Of a stretch of DNA of 64,000 nt, positions 1-13,670 are shown in pieces. Origin of the DNA: Azolla caroliniana (taxonomy: Eukaryota > Plantae > Polypodiophyta). The notes under the pieces were generated by a model. It was not told the origin of the DNA, ran no database searches, and saw only the letters and a list, made by a program, of their open reading frames with translations. The stretch's first letter is position 1. Each line of letters begins with the position of its first letter. The stretch lies in contig JBHGNT010000021.1 of NCBI GenBank assembly GCA_043228905.1, forward strand, positions 8,060,001-8,124,000, written 5' to 3'. The position numbers and the translations under genes were made by a program.

Positions 1-65
1 GACTTACCACTTGATGATCAAACAATGAAAGAATCCGCCTTCAGCAAGAGGCTACCGAAAAAGAA

Positions 66-2860
66 ATGAAAGTATCTCAACGAGTTCAAGCTTCGGCATT
101 AGAGGAGATCAATTTAGCTAAGGAAGATAACATGCTTGAACCAAAAACAATATTGATCGCCAAGGACATGTTGTTAGCTGACAAGCAACGATTAATCGGT
201 TTCCTCAAACAGTATAAGGATGTGTTCGCCTGGTCCTTCGAAGACATGAAAGGGTTGGATCTAGCTTTTTGTTAACACCAAATTAATCTGCATAAAGATG
301 CGAAGCCGGTTCAACAACGTAGGTATCGTTTGAATCCTAATTATGCAATTAAGGTCAAAGAAGAAATAGATAAACTACTTAAGGTAGGGTTTATTTGTCC
401 TGTGAAAAAAGCTACATGGCTAAGTCCGATTCTAGTTGTACCGAAAAAGAATGGAAAGATTCGGGTATGTGTCGACTATCGGAAACTTAATGCAGCAATA
501 GTAACGGATGCATTTCCATTACCGTTTACGAGCGGTATATTGGATGCAGTGGCTGGTCACGAAATGTACATTTTTCTAGATGGCTTTAGCAGGTATAATC
601 AGGTAAGAATGCATCCAGATGATCAAGAAAAGACAGCCTTTGTCACCGAATGGGGTGTATTGTGGTGGTCATAATGATGTTCGGGTTAAAAACAACCCCA
701 ACCACATTTCAAAGAGTCATACAGGAAATTTTTGTTGAGTACATTCCAACATTCGTGCAAGTTTTCTTGGATGATTTTGCTGTCTACAGTCACAAGTCAA
801 AACATTTCGAACATTTGCAATTGTGTTTAGAACGATGTCGGAAAGGTCGGCTTAGCTTGAATCCGGCAAAGTGCGCGTTCGGAGTTACAAGTGGAGCAGT
901 ATTGGGACACATTATCAGTCAAGAAGGAATTGCAGTTGACACAGACAAGGTCAAAGTTATATTAGATGCACTAGCACCAACCAACTCTAAGAGCCTTAGT
1001 CGATTTTTAGGGCAAATTAGATGGCATAGTAGAATGATCAGATATCTTGCTGATGTTGCCATTCCCTTACATACGGCGGTGCATAAAACACCTTTCTAAT
1101 GGACGAGTGTGGAGTAGGATGCCTACGATTGCCTAAGGAAAATGCTTTCTAAAGTTCCGGTGGTTCAACCGCCTGATTGGAACAAACCATTTCATGTGTT
1201 CATCGATGCATCTGATGTAGCAATCAGAAGCACACTAATGCAGTTATCCGAACCAAGCTGGTACAGACTAGTTTACTACGCTAGTCGGAAACTATCCACA
1301 ACAAAAAGGAATTATTCGACAACTAAAAGGGAAGCTTTGGGAATGATTTACAATATCAACAAATTTCGACAATACGTTTTGGGGAAGAAATTTACATTCC
1401 ATGTGGATCACTCTGCTTTACTATATTTGGTATCCAAACAAGAATTAACTGGCAAACTAGCACGTTGGACGTTATTACTTTAGGAATTTAAATTTGACAT
1501 TCTGCATAGGCCGGGAGTGCAACATGTCGTCGCAGATTACCTTAGCCGATTAGAGTCAGGAGAAGAGGGCACAGGAGTTAAAGATGATTTTCCGGATGGC
1601 CAACTCTTTCGAGTACACACAGTACGAGTGCAGGAAATAACTAAGGAGATTGAGGATGCTTGGATTACAGACATGACAATTTTTCTTACGATAGGGTTAC
1701 CACCTGAGCATCTATCAGCAGACAAAAGAAAATGGTTAGTGGTTCGTAGCCGGAATTTCTGTCTTTTAAATGACACCCTATATCATAAAGGAGTTGATGG
1801 AATTTGGCGACGAGCAGTACAACAATTTGAGAAAAAGATAATTCTTCGAGAATCTCACTGTGGTATCACGGGAGGGCACTACGCCAGCGAAATTACTACT
1901 CGGAAAATTTGGAACAGTGGGTTATGGTGGCCAACAGTTATGAAGGATGTAGTCGAATACTTTCGGAAATGCGATTTATGTCAGAGAATGGGTCAACCTA
2001 CCGAAAAAGACAGGATGCCATTTCAACCCATCTTGCCTTTGGAACCATTCCAGAAATGGGGATTAGACTTTGTCGGCCCATTGAAACCAACAACGATTCG
2101 AATATGGAATCGATACATCATAGTAGCCACGGATTACTGCACTAAGTGGATAGAGGCTAAACAGCAAAATTTCTATACGAAAGTATATATGGTGCCGGTA
2201 TGAGTGTCCAATTGAATTGGTAAGTGACCAAGGTACACATTTTATTAATAAAATTGTACATGAATTATCTACATATTATGCGATGGCTCATAAGAAAAGT
2301 ACTCCTTATTACCTTCACGCAAATGTGCTAGCGGAGTCGACAAATAAAAGGTTGCAAATGATACTCAAGAAAATAGTCAATGAAAATCGTACAGATTGGG
2401 ATCAAAAACTGAATAGTGCCTTATGGGCATATATGACTTCATATAAGACTTCTATCAAATCGACTCCTTTTCGCATGGCATTCGGTTTAGAAGACGTAAT
2501 GCCAATAGAGTTTCAAGTTCCGACACTCCGAATTCAAGCAATAGAAAGGTTGGAGGAGTTACAGTCGGAACAAATTCGGAAAGAAGGATTACTGCTATTA
2601 GAGGAAAGTTGGATACAGGCTATGATAGATTTAGAGCTGAAGCAACGACAAATGAAAGCATTTGTGGATCGTCACTATCAAAATGCAGAGAAACAGTTCG
2701 CAATTGGAAAACCGGTGTTAGTGTTTCAAACAAAAATGGGGTCTATGCCTGGGAAGCTTTGATTTCGAGAGTCGGGACCATTCTGGATTATTAATAGCAA
2801 AAATGGTACATACCAAGTCGGAACACTATCCGGTGATATTCTACTGAAGTGGGTAAATGG
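66..2860 (+). pseudogene. pol: Ty3/gypsy pol (RT-RNase H-integrase), non-chromovirus Athila/Tat-like, disrupted by stops and frameshifts; the 5' part lies outside the window
   Basis: RT motifs WLSPILVVPKKNGKIRVCVDYRKLN, FLDGFSRYNQ, MMFGLK, FLDDFAVY. RNase H FIDASDVA...YYASRKL...KREALG...VDHSAL. Integrase H..GGHY...[22 protein letters not shown]. Domain order RT-RH-IN is gypsy. Confidence 0.95.
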
Positions 2861-3271
2861 AGAACCCCTTTCAGGTTACATCCTTCGCAACATGACGTGG
2901 TAGACGTCACACACACACACACACAAAATAGTAACTAACTAATTATTATCTTGGCAAAAAGTAACTAACTATAAGAAAAGGAAATCCTGGGAAAGTCTTT
3001 GTCACACTATAGGTAAACTGGTGGTAATAATGCATGCACACATTAAAAGAGTAGTGGAGCCATTATTACTATTTTTAGACTATAGTAGCTTTCTCTATTC
3101 CCTAGGCATCATGCAACGATTCATTTCCTTAAAACCTATTTCTTCATCTTCTGTGTCACCACAGACACAGAAGCGTATTCATGCTGAAAAGTTTTCTGCC
3201 CTTCCTCTCCATAGCCTAAAGCTTTCTTCGCTTTCACTACAAAACTCCAACCTTTCTCTCTCGAAGAAATA

Positions 3272-5234
3272 ATGCCAATCCCTGTTTCCAATAACCTATG
3301 CCAGTGGCTCGCGAACAAGAATCTGCAGGGTTTCATCAAGGTTGCAGAGGCAGAGCCCCACCCTCGTGCTGCAGAACTTCTGCAGCATATCGATGTCTCC
3401 AAAATTATGAACAAACAGGTACGTCGAGTATTGGAATTAAAAAGAGAAGGCTTTCATGCTGTCCAGAAAATGGACAAGGACATGCTTAGGTCATATTTCA
3501 GAGAATATTCTCCCTCAGCCAAAGCGTTTCAAACACAAGGAGGGGAGGACAAATGTTTTCGTGAAGTGGCCAAATTTTTGTTAGAAGTGGCATTTGTTAG
3601 TCCCCGATTTTACTACATGCCCAAAAAGAGAGCCGGCTTCATAATTGCCACGTACGAAAGTGAAGTTTTTGACTGGGGGTTGCTGTCGGCAGAAGCTTTG
3701 CGGGAGTAGCTGTATGGGGTGCAAACAGGGAAACCAATGAAGCCGATCTTTGCTCGCTGGTTGTCGGTGCTTTTTCCGACACAGAGATCAGAAAACCGAC
3801 AAGAAGAACAGAGGCTACCACAGCCATAACCAGCTTCCCGACCCTGACGATAGGTACAACGGGAGGAGTGATAGGAAGCAGAATCAACGCAAGTCAATGC
3901 CACTCAACCGGAACTCGAACAACAACAACCGATACCCTCACTAGTTCCAGAGTTGACACAAAATCCCCTACCCGACTCCGTACCTGTCCCACAACCAACC
4001 TCACAACCACCCCAACCTAATCAAGAATCGAAACCTGTTGAACCTGACCAACCGACGCAACGACAACGTCGGGTAAAGCCAAGGTCTCAACGCTTTCCGC
4101 AAGCTCAGCAAGAGGAACCTACACAGAAAAAGCAGAGAACAAAGGAGCAAGCCACGCGGCCCACACAAGTACCTCGGGTCAATCCAAACGACACAACTAG
4201 AATCCAGAAAGGGCAGTTGTCCGTAACAACGGTGCGGGAAGCAATTGCATTCTTTGGCATCCCTCCAGCAGCACATGAACTTGCTGCCATTCTACAATGC
4301 GGCACTTCTTATGTATTAGTAGAGTGGTTGGCCTGTAGATTAAAGGAGGTGTTGGAGAGAATGACACAGGAGCACCGGGATAAGATAATGATCCAGAAAT
4401 CATTAAGTGGAGCTGTCGAGCCGCGGGAGCAGCAAGAGGTCAATCGGATAGATCGACATCAGAATGCGACAAATAAGGGAGAAGCCATCCAGATGCCACC
4501 ATTGCATGAGGCTCTGGTAGAGGTACATAGAGAATATATAAAGGCAAGCCGAGCAGCCAAAGATATGGCTGATTTGTATAAAAAGGCAACGGCAACGTCG
4601 GGAATTTTGAATGCTCAATGCACAAGTAAGCAAGCCTAAAACCAGCAGTTGTCAGAACGACTTCGACAGATAGAAGAACAACTATAGAAAACAAAGGAAG
4701 AATTATTGCAGCAGACTTCATCAAGCAGACCCTTATCCAGACCTGCAACAAAAATTACAATAGGCAGAAGCAGTACTCAAGGAGGCAAAAGCCAGAACTG
4801 AGAAAGCTGAAACCCGATCAAAGAAAATAGAGGATTGGCTATAATTAGCAAAAATAGAAGTCAACAAATGGGAAGATGCAAAGGACGATTTGATTCAAAG
4901 GTTGCGCCGACAGTTAGCACAACAGGAAACCACGCACCAACATGCAGAACAAGTCGAAGAGCTCGAAGAGCATGTCAAGTTCCAGGAGGCATACTTCGCG
5001 GAACAACTGGTGGAAAAGGAAACTCTGCTCACTCAACTGAACGAGAAATATGCTCGAGAGCAAGTGGAATGGGCATCCATGAAATCAAATTTAGAACAAC
5101 GGTGTGCAAACCTGGAAGCCATCTTCGAACAACGACGACTCGACTTGTTGGTCGCTCAAGCACGACTGATGCAGGCGGAAGGTACAACCAATGCACAGAT
5201 CACTGATTTACGGAAGTCATTGGCAGAAGCATAA
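3272..5234 (+). pseudogene. Extra ORF 3' of gypsy pol (eORF/env-like position): N-terminal domain, P/Q-rich linker, C-terminal coiled coil; degraded
   Basis: ORFs 3272-3709 and 3953-4639 share a frame and are separated only by point stops. After a frameshift, 4890-5234 continues with heptad-rich sequence (LRRQLAQQETTHQHAEQVEELEEHVK). Confidence 0.65.
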
Positions 5235-5399
5235 TTCCGGATGAGTATGGGTGACGAAAAAATACGCACAATACTGAAAGGCCACAAACTCAACACCTTG
5301 AAAATGGTAACCGAGTCAATGCAGGCGGACGGACATAGTGGGGAAGCGTCGAAGTCGGAAGCGTCAGAGTTAGAGGTTTGGAGTCGAATAATAGTTAAT

Positions 5400-5700
5400 A
5401 CCGAAAATTATAGTTAGTTACAAGTTTTGTAGTTCTTGCCAATAGGGCAATATGTATATCTTGATGAGGAAGTCCTTCAGGTTGCCTATAAAAAGGAACC
5501 GAAGGCATTGTAAAATCTATCGTTTATTTTAGTAATATAAGTTTAGTTGTAGGAAATCTCGGTGGACAACTACTTATTTTTTGTTAATCTATTTCCATTA
5601 TGCTATAACTGTATTATGTAAGTAACGATCTCGATGCCTGTGGAAGATCGATAAGATTACAGTAACTTAGTATCCATTCGCACAACCACAATTCGTTGAT
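5400..5700 (+). repeat. Probable remnant of the gypsy 3' LTR (boundaries unresolved)
   Basis: Non-coding and follows the eORF; TATA-like CCTATAAAAAGG near 5486. No partner LTR in the window and no clear PPT/TG start. Confidence 0.3.
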
Positions 5701-5733
5701 AGAACGTTTGGTACGAAACGTTCGAACTCTGTT

Positions 5734-6324
5734 GTGTGTCAACAACAGAGTCAGTTGTCGGCCAAACAACACGGATCATCCAATGAAAACCGGTTTGTGG
5801 ACACAAGGACCTACCCGGTTGAAAACCGAAAGTTAGCCAGTAACAGATTGACACTCGATGAACCAACCAGATTTGGACAAGAAACTGAACCGACCGAAGA
5901 AGAAGGAGGAGACATTGGAACCGGACAAGACCCCGAATCATATTTGGATGAAGTACAAACTAAGGAACTGGTAGTAGAAGACAAAAGGCGGAGATACCCT
6001 CTCAAGGAGAGAAGATCCCCCCGGAGATTTCTGGATGTAGAGCACGTATTGCTAGCCAATGAGGGGGAGTTGGAAAGCTTCGAAGAAGTAAAGAAAGACA
6101 CCCACAACCACAAGCGGTTGAGTGCCATGCAGGACGAGATGGATTGCCTGCATGAGAACCACACATACGAACTGATAGAGTTGTTGAAAGGAAAGAGGAC
6201 ACTCCGGAACAAGTGGGTGTACAAGCTGAAACCAGGAGACGCCGGAAATCCACCAAGGTACAAAGCCTGGATCGTGGTGAAGGGGTTCCAGCAGAAGAAA
6301 GGAGTGGATTTTAACGAGATTTAG
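5734..6324 (+). pseudogene. pol: Ty1/copia (Tork-like) fragment covering the integrase-RT linker and RT start; same family as copia F
   Basis: RRYPLKERRSPRRFLDVEHVLL..EGELESFEE..AMQDEM..LHENHTYEL..NKWVYKLK closely parallels ORF 58284-58562. Confidence 0.9.
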
Positions 6325-9190
6325 TTTAGTCTATTGATTAGTAATAGACTCTTAACAGTTATTGTCTTTGATGACATGAATGCCTATACAAGAAGTTTCC
6401 AACTTGATGCACAACAATATTTCATGCCACATATCTCAATGATGCAAGAGGATATACAAATGTATAGCCGCTCTTCTAGCGATGAAAAAGATCCGGACCA
6501 ATTTGGGAAGTTAATCCTACAAATGTGAAATAGTATCGAATTGCGTATTGCAAATGGTCTCCTTATGGCCCAACATGAATGGTTTTACATGTAGAAAACA
6601 CAATGGAAATAGTGTAATTGACTGTGTGCTACTTTCTGAAGGTATTTTGGATCGTATACATAAGTTCTCACTTGGTGAATGAACACCGGAATCCGATCAT
6701 AGGGCTTTATATGTTGACCACAAATGTATGCATACGTTTGATTGTGAGAAGTCCATTGAAGATAATACACAACCCCACTTGAGGATGAACCTTAAGCAAG
6801 CGCTCATGTACTCCAAGATGGTTGAGGATATGTTACACAAATGACAAAGATACAACTTGGTGCCACACAAGAATACAAATGGGAAGCTTTTAAGAAAGTC
6901 ATTCTCTCATGTGCAAATGAATGTTTTTCGACCAAGCACACATCTTGGAAATGCAAAATTACCAAAAGAATTTTCATGAGTACAAAATACTTATTCAAAG
7001 AAAGAAAAGAATATGGGAAGTTACTCAAACACAAGAGAAAGCGCAATGTGCATGTGCTAAATTCTGGGGAAATCTAAAGGCCGGGAAACATGTTGAGAGT
7101 TATGGTGACTTAACTCTTCCTAACTTGTCTATGCATTATAAGAATCTATATGAGCTATCTCTTGCCGGAAAGATGATGTGTTATGGTTCTCTTTCACATA
7201 TTTCTCCCTTCTTTACAATCGAAGATATATGCATAGGACTTAAGAATTTGGCTTCTCGAAAGGCACACGATCTTCAATGTGTAAAGGTTGAAATGCTCAA
7301 ATGGACGGGAAAGGAAACACATGCATAGATAAGAGATATGTTTAATCATGCATTGTAACATGGTATGCCATATTATTGGACTACAAATTGGATCTAACCT
7401 TTACATAAAGGTGGTGATGTAAATAATGTAAACAACTATCAAACCATCATGGTTGGCTCGTTAATGGCAAAACTACTTGGATGTATAATGGAATCAACGA
7501 TAAGTGCATGGGCTGAAAACAATGGTAAGAGAGCTTATGGACAAGCCGGCTTTTGAAAAAACCATAGCAACATTGATCACCTTATTACCCTTCGAGTATT
7601 AATGGAGGAAAGTCACCTTGGGGGTAAAAGTTTATATTGTTGCTTTGTAGACTTTAAGAAAGCTTTTGATATGGTACCTCGTGACCATCTTTGGAGGAGA
7701 ATGGAAGAACTCAAGGTGCCAAGTGAATATATGCTTGCAACCTCCCAAATATATGAGAAGGTTATATGTTGTGTGCGTATGAGCGATAAACTTTTAGATT
7801 TTTTCGATAGCACTATTGGTGTGAAACAAGGATGCCCACTCTGACCAACTCTATTTGGTCTATGCATCGATGAATTGGAAGAAATTGTTGCCAAGTTTGT
7901 AAAGGAAGTAGGTGTTAAAGAAGTTGCAATTGGGAATGTGGTCACTATTCTTTTGCTATATGCGGATGATGTAGTGCTTTTTGCAAATACTTTAAAGATG
8001 AGCAAAAGCTTATGAAGGCATTGGAAATTTTTTGCATGTATACGAAATTAAGCGTTACTAACTCTAAAACAAAGATTATGCTTGTGAAGAGCCAAAAAAG
8101 AGATAAGCCATGCATTATGTACAATAATGAGCCACCTGAATGTGTGAAAAGCTTCAAATATCTTGGCCTTGAAGTTCCCTCAAATCATAGATGGAATGAA
8201 TGCATTATGCTTAGAGGGGGGAAAGCGAGCATATTATGCATTTGAGAACACATGCAATCGTGGAGATATTAAGTGTTGGGTCCTCAAGAAATACCTTTTC
8301 GACACTTTGGTGACACCGGTGCTTCTCTATGGGGTGGAGGTATGGGTGATAACATCCCTAAATCTACTTGGAAAGAGTTTGAAAATGTCCAAAAACATTT
8401 TCTTACAAAGTTTCTATAAGTTAAGAAACAAACATTGTACATCCTCCTCGAGACGAGATCACTTCCCATTGAGATCTTGGCCATGGAAAGGGTTATTGAA
8501 TACATGCTTAAGGTTCAAAAAAGTCCCCCACATCGACTTCCTAGAATCACATGGGAAGCAAGCAAAAGGATCCAAAAGACGTATAAAAGCAAAATTTTGT
8601 GTTTTGGTTGGATGCAAGATATGAAACACAAAATGGGATGGGATGCAACACATTTGCTTCATGATGCATCACTAGATTCCTCTGTAAATGAGGCATTTTT
8701 GCAACGCCAATGTACCATGACATGGGAAAAATGCGGAGGCTCATGCTTCATACATTATACTACACATTTTACACCTAACTACAAAATCATATTCTTCACG
8801 GAACGGGGAAACCGTATACATCGATACATATTAGAGCACATTCCATTGGCTACCATTCAAACCATTTTTTCCATGCATTGCGATGTGAGACGTGACTATG
8901 CACACTTTGCCCTAAACAAGTTTGAGAGTTTGAGTATCACACCGATTCAATGCTCTACCTTTGATCATATTTGACCATGCTTTCCACACATATTCGACCA
9001 AGTCCAATCCTTGCACGAATTTCTCTCACAACCACAATGTGCACTCTTGATTGCAACATTCATTGGTAAAGTTCTTGAACATCGAGAGTCGCTACTCATT
9101 TTCACACACACGTATCACGTGAAATGTAATTTTTTGGGTCTCATAGGTCATATTTGACCTCCGAAGATGATAATATAATCTATCTATCTC
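6325..9190 (+). mobile_element. RTE-like non-LTR retrotransposon, 5'-truncated and degraded (endonuclease remnant plus RT)
   Basis: DMNAYT (GDFNA-like). RT motifs LYCCFVDFKKAFDMVPR, GVKQGCPL, LLYADDVVL, FKYLG, PVLLYGVEVW. Ends in a short (TATC)n tail near 9178-9190. Confidence 0.85.
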
Positions 9191-9332
9191 TCTTTTTTTG
9201 GTAAAAGCACACAATTATATTAATTGTATTTAAAATCTACTTAGTTACAACACTTCTTAATCTCCTATACCTATCATATGCCTATGTAGGGAGAGGGACG
9301 TCTTGTAATGCCATTAAAAAACCTGAATATGC

Positions 9333-9335
<3 letters not shown>

Positions 9336-9370
<35 letters not shown>
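9336..9370. repeat. (TC)n microsatellite
   Basis: Seen directly. Confidence 0.97.
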
Positions 9371-9372
<2 letters not shown>

Positions 9373-9676
9373 GCACACTTTACCCTAAACAAGTTCAAGA
9401 GTCTGAGTATCACACTTTGATACAAAGCTCAACCTTTGATCATATTCGACTATGCTTTCCACACATCTTCGACCGAGCCCAATCCTTGCATGAATTTCTC
9501 TCACAACCACAATGTGCACTCTCGATTGCAACATTCATTGGTAAAGTTCTTGAACATTGAGAGTCGCTACTCACTTTCACACATATACGTGAAATGTAAT
9601 TTTTGGGATCTCATAGGTCATATTTGACCTTTGAAGACGATAATATAATCTATCTATCTATGATTCTATCTATCTT
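9371..9676 (+). mobile_element. Second, ~300-bp copy of the RTE-like 3' end with (TATC)n tail
   Basis: 9371 ATGCACACTTTACCCTAAACAAG...GATAATATAATCTATCTATC aligns to 8898-9190. Confidence 0.85.
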
Positions 9677-9699
9677 TTCTTAGTACCGTTATTTCCTTC

Positions 9700-10444
9700 A
9701 AGTTAAAGGTATTCCATAAATATTCCGTTAGAAAGACAATCCATTTTTTATGTGATGTGACACATGATTTTTCTCATTAATTATGAAACACTTGATTCCT
9801 CTGTTATTACTTCATTTCTAGGTTCATAATGGTTAACACTACACGTATTCTTCTATGAAGTAATGTGTTCAAATCTCTATCATGACCACAAACTTCTACA
9901 TTATCCCTCTCCTTTGACGATGAGTTCCACAAGACACAATGTTGAACTAGGATTTAGTTTATTCGGATCTTTATGTTACTTCATCAGAGCCGTACACGAT
10001 CTCTAACTAGAAACTTAGTTCTTTCCTGTGATGAAACAATATGATCATATCGCACAAATTTCTTATGTGTCTCTTGAGCATCATATAAATGGCGAGAAAG
10101 AGTAAAGTGAATCCTAAAACAGATAATGCGGAACCACAATGTTGAACTAGGATCTAGTTTATTTAGATATTTACATTAATTCATCATAGTTGTAGTACAT
10201 GATCTCTAACTAAACACTTGATTCTTTCTTGTGATGAAACAATATGATCATAATGCACAAATTTCTTATGTGTGTCTTGAGCATCATGTAAATGGTGGGA
10301 AAGAGCAAAGGGAATTTCAAAGCAGATGATGCTCCACATTTTTCGAGATTCATGGATGTCCAATGAGGATGGAATTGGAAATCCTGTACTCGCAAAGAAG
10401 GGAGTAAATTTGGTAGAATTGAACCAAATTATTTTAAATAAACT
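9700..10444 (-). pseudogene. C-terminal integrase remnant of an old chromovirus-type gypsy (continues at 21291-22690)
   Basis: Minus-strand NSTKFTPFFASTG and HLHDAQDTHKKFV...VRDHVL resemble the integrase C-terminal HSST..TPF and L..AQ..KK.AD...VGD.V motifs. Confidence 0.6.
9934..10333. repeat. Diverged tandem duplication of a ~200-bp unit
   Basis: CACAATGTTGAACTAGGAT...GTGATGAAACAATATGATCAT...CAGAT.ATGC occurs at ~9934-10132 and ~10134-10333. Confidence 0.85.
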
Positions 10445-10880
10445 TGTTACAAAATAATCATAATTGTAGTTTTCTAACTTTAGGTTAGTTGCGGCTGTCA
10501 TGAACACATGAACATCGTGGTTTCACCCCGCTAATGAATAAGGAACGATGGGTAAGGATTGAGTTATTTTCCATCCTACAATGGGAGATAAGTTTAAAGT
10601 TTTTCATGAGTTGAGGAAATAAAGCAATGAAGTCTAAAATACATGAGGGCCTGGTAGGTTTTGAGCCTATATAAGAAGGCTAGTTAACTTCATGAATGGG
10701 ATCATCTTTATTATTTTGATAGAGAATCTAATCGTGTGGCAAAGCTCTAGCTTTATACAAGTGTGCCATCTTCCCTTTTTTTTAGTAACACTTTTATTAC
10801 TAGTGGGAAACCTCAAAGTGAGGTGAGAACCCACAAAGAATAAAGAAAAATATACAAGTGTCGATTAGACACTAAAGAGC

Positions 10881-13670
10881 TTAAAAGCACTCAAAGTAAA
10901 GATTGTAAATTTGTAGTGTGATGTCTCTAAGTTGCAGACAATCAAATAGAGATTGCATGAGGGATTGCTTAAAGAAGCTAACTTCATGCAGTTGGTTTCC
11001 ATCACAAACCTTATTATTGTGGGGAGTCTGAATGGTCCAACGTGCCCAAAATCTTGTCCATTGGAGAAAATAGGCATTGTTGGATAGGGTGCATGGAATT
11101 TGTCCAAATATCCAAAAGTGTTTGCCAAACCTTCGGCCAGGAAATATGTGATAAAGAGATGCACTTAATCTTTGTACAAATGTTGTAGTGAATGAGCAAG
11201 TCCATAATAAGTGTGGGACCGTTTCCAATCGTCCACCACATCTTGCACAATGCGGTGATCTCTTTTGAAGATTCGACCCAGTCAGGAGCACACCCAATAG
11301 GCATCTCCATAGGAATATTCGTTACTTAAGTGGAAGACCAGAGCTCCATAAGCTTGTAAACCTAATTTTCCACCACGACTGCATTTTGTGTAGTTCCCAT
11401 AATGCATTTGCATGTTCGTGAAACCATGGGACAAGTTGCAACAACATATACACTGAATGTGTTGTAATGTTATGCATTGGAATACCAATATTCCCTTTTG
11501 TAACATCCAATCCTGAATCTTGCGATCTCCATCAAGAGGTGGCACGGGTACTAAGGAAAGTACCAATTCTGTGACTTGATTCTAGATAACGCGATGATGT
11601 GGCCCAAAACTATAACGACATGTTATGTCATTGAAGTGCAATAAGTGACGTTGGTCATTTACCACATCTGCAATTGATTTCAGCCCCTTCTTTGCTAAAA
11701 AATAAGCTTTCCTAGGCTCTTGTTCAACTAGTGACTGTGCGAATATAGCACTCCAGTGTAAGCTTTCGAGGCATAAAGAGTTCCCTGATTCTGAATTCCT
11801 ACCTCTCCATTTTATGTGGTGCAATACTTCCTTCCAGTGCTTTAGAAGCTTTGAGCTAAACGGGCAGCCTTTGATGTGCCCGTCAAGCTTTCCAAACACT
11901 ACATCCCAATGGTTAGTATCCCATGAGCCAAATGACTTGGTTTTCAAATGATCAAACATATCAGATAGCATTTTTGCCCAAGGTAATGTCTGTTCAACAA
12001 ATTTTGGCAATAAAGTAGCTTTTCTTGCCAACATATGCAAATGCAAATTAAGAATATTTAGCCCTCCACCCAATTGTGGAGTGCATATCTTCTCTAGTGA
12101 TAGGAGTCGTATACCACTATGCAACTGCTTAGAGCACCAAAAGCTGCTTATAATTTCTGAGTTAATCTTTTTTATCATGTGTTTCGGCCAATCAATCATA
12201 ATTAAGTAATACTGCATGTAAGCCATGAATATAGATTGCACTATACGCAATCTGATATGGAGTGACCATGTTGCAATCTTCCAATAACTTAGCTTTTGTC
12301 TCACTTTTTGTAGAACCCATTCAACCTTTCTTTTCCGTGTTGCATTCCATCCCAATGGATAGCCAAGATGTCGAACAATTTCATTTGGGCTAACAACTTG
12401 ACCTAGCCACAAAAGTTGATGCCAACTATATGCTGTCAAAGGTAGAAGTTTGGACTTGTTGAAGTTAACATGCAATCCAACAGCTAATCCATACAATTTG
12501 AGGGCATCCATAATCACCCTCATATCATTTGGATTGTTTTGTGACAAGAATGATGTATCATCTGCATATGCTTGAGCCACGAAATCATGACCGTCTTTCA
12601 TAATTTTGCAAACCGTGAAGTTGACCAATTAATACTAGATGATCCATGTACAATAGTAGTGGATGAATTGCGATTGCATACAACAATGCACTTACAAGAC
12701 AACCTTGTCGTACTGATTTGGCTAAGCTCCATGAATCTGTCAATTCACCCTCAATAATGCATGAAGATGTGCTAGACCCATAAAGCCAATAGATTACTTG
12801 AGACATTTTCGGACCAAATCCTAGTTTGACCATTGTGGCTGCCCCTAACTCCCATTGGATGGTGGCAAAGGTCTTTTCAATGTCAATTTGCATGAGCAAT
12901 ACATCTTGTTTGGTGTATTTGGCATACTCCATTCCAATATAGGTATTAGCAATATTATCTATAATTTGCCTTTGAGGAATGAACCCATACTAGTTTATGT
13001 GGATGCCTCCCAACAAAGTGCCCTTAATATGATTAGCAATTATATTTGCAATAAGTTTATAGATCACTAGCATGAGAGTGATTGGTTGCCAATCCAAAAA
13101 AGATTCACATAGTTTTTTTTTGGTATTAATTTGACCAAAGCTTCTTTCCATGAGATCTGCATATCCCATTGTTGCCAAGCATTATTTGCCATAGATAGGA
13201 TTAAATCCTTAAGGACATCCCAAAATTCTGCAATAAACTTTAACGTAATAGCATCCCAACCAAGCGCTTTGCCTTTCCCGAGGCCCTTCCGAGCCTCCAA
13301 AAGCTCCTCCATTGTGAATGTTGCATCCAAAGCAATAGCTTTATCAACACAAATAGTGGGTTGAACTAGTGACAAGAATGTATCTCTAGCCTGTTTAACT
13401 GCATCTGTAACAACTACATTGTTCTCAAAGATGTGAGAGAAATGAGTTACACATTCCTTGGCGAGTTCAAGTCGGTTTGTAGTTCCCAAACCATCACTAG
13501 TTTTGATGAAATAAATGGATTCCTTTTGGCGTATTAGATGCAACCCTTTTGAAGAAGGATTTAGAAGAGCACCCTTTCTCTTTCAATGGAAACTATCTTG
13601 ATCTAACTTGCCATTTTTCCAATTTATTTTTGTCATGTAGCATCAATGTGTGTTTGGCTATCCACAATGC
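10881..13670 (-). pseudogene. L1 ORF2 RT and C-terminal CCHC region
   Basis: GKALGWD, VKLIPK, WQPITL, QIDIEKTF, SVRQGCL, QAYADDT, RHLGYPL, GGGLNI, CARCGGRLETVPHLLWTC. Confidence 0.92.

Noticed and set aside
9700-9860. Chromodomain at the end of the old integrase
   Set aside because: The position fits, but the sequence is too decayed to show the aromatic cage motif.
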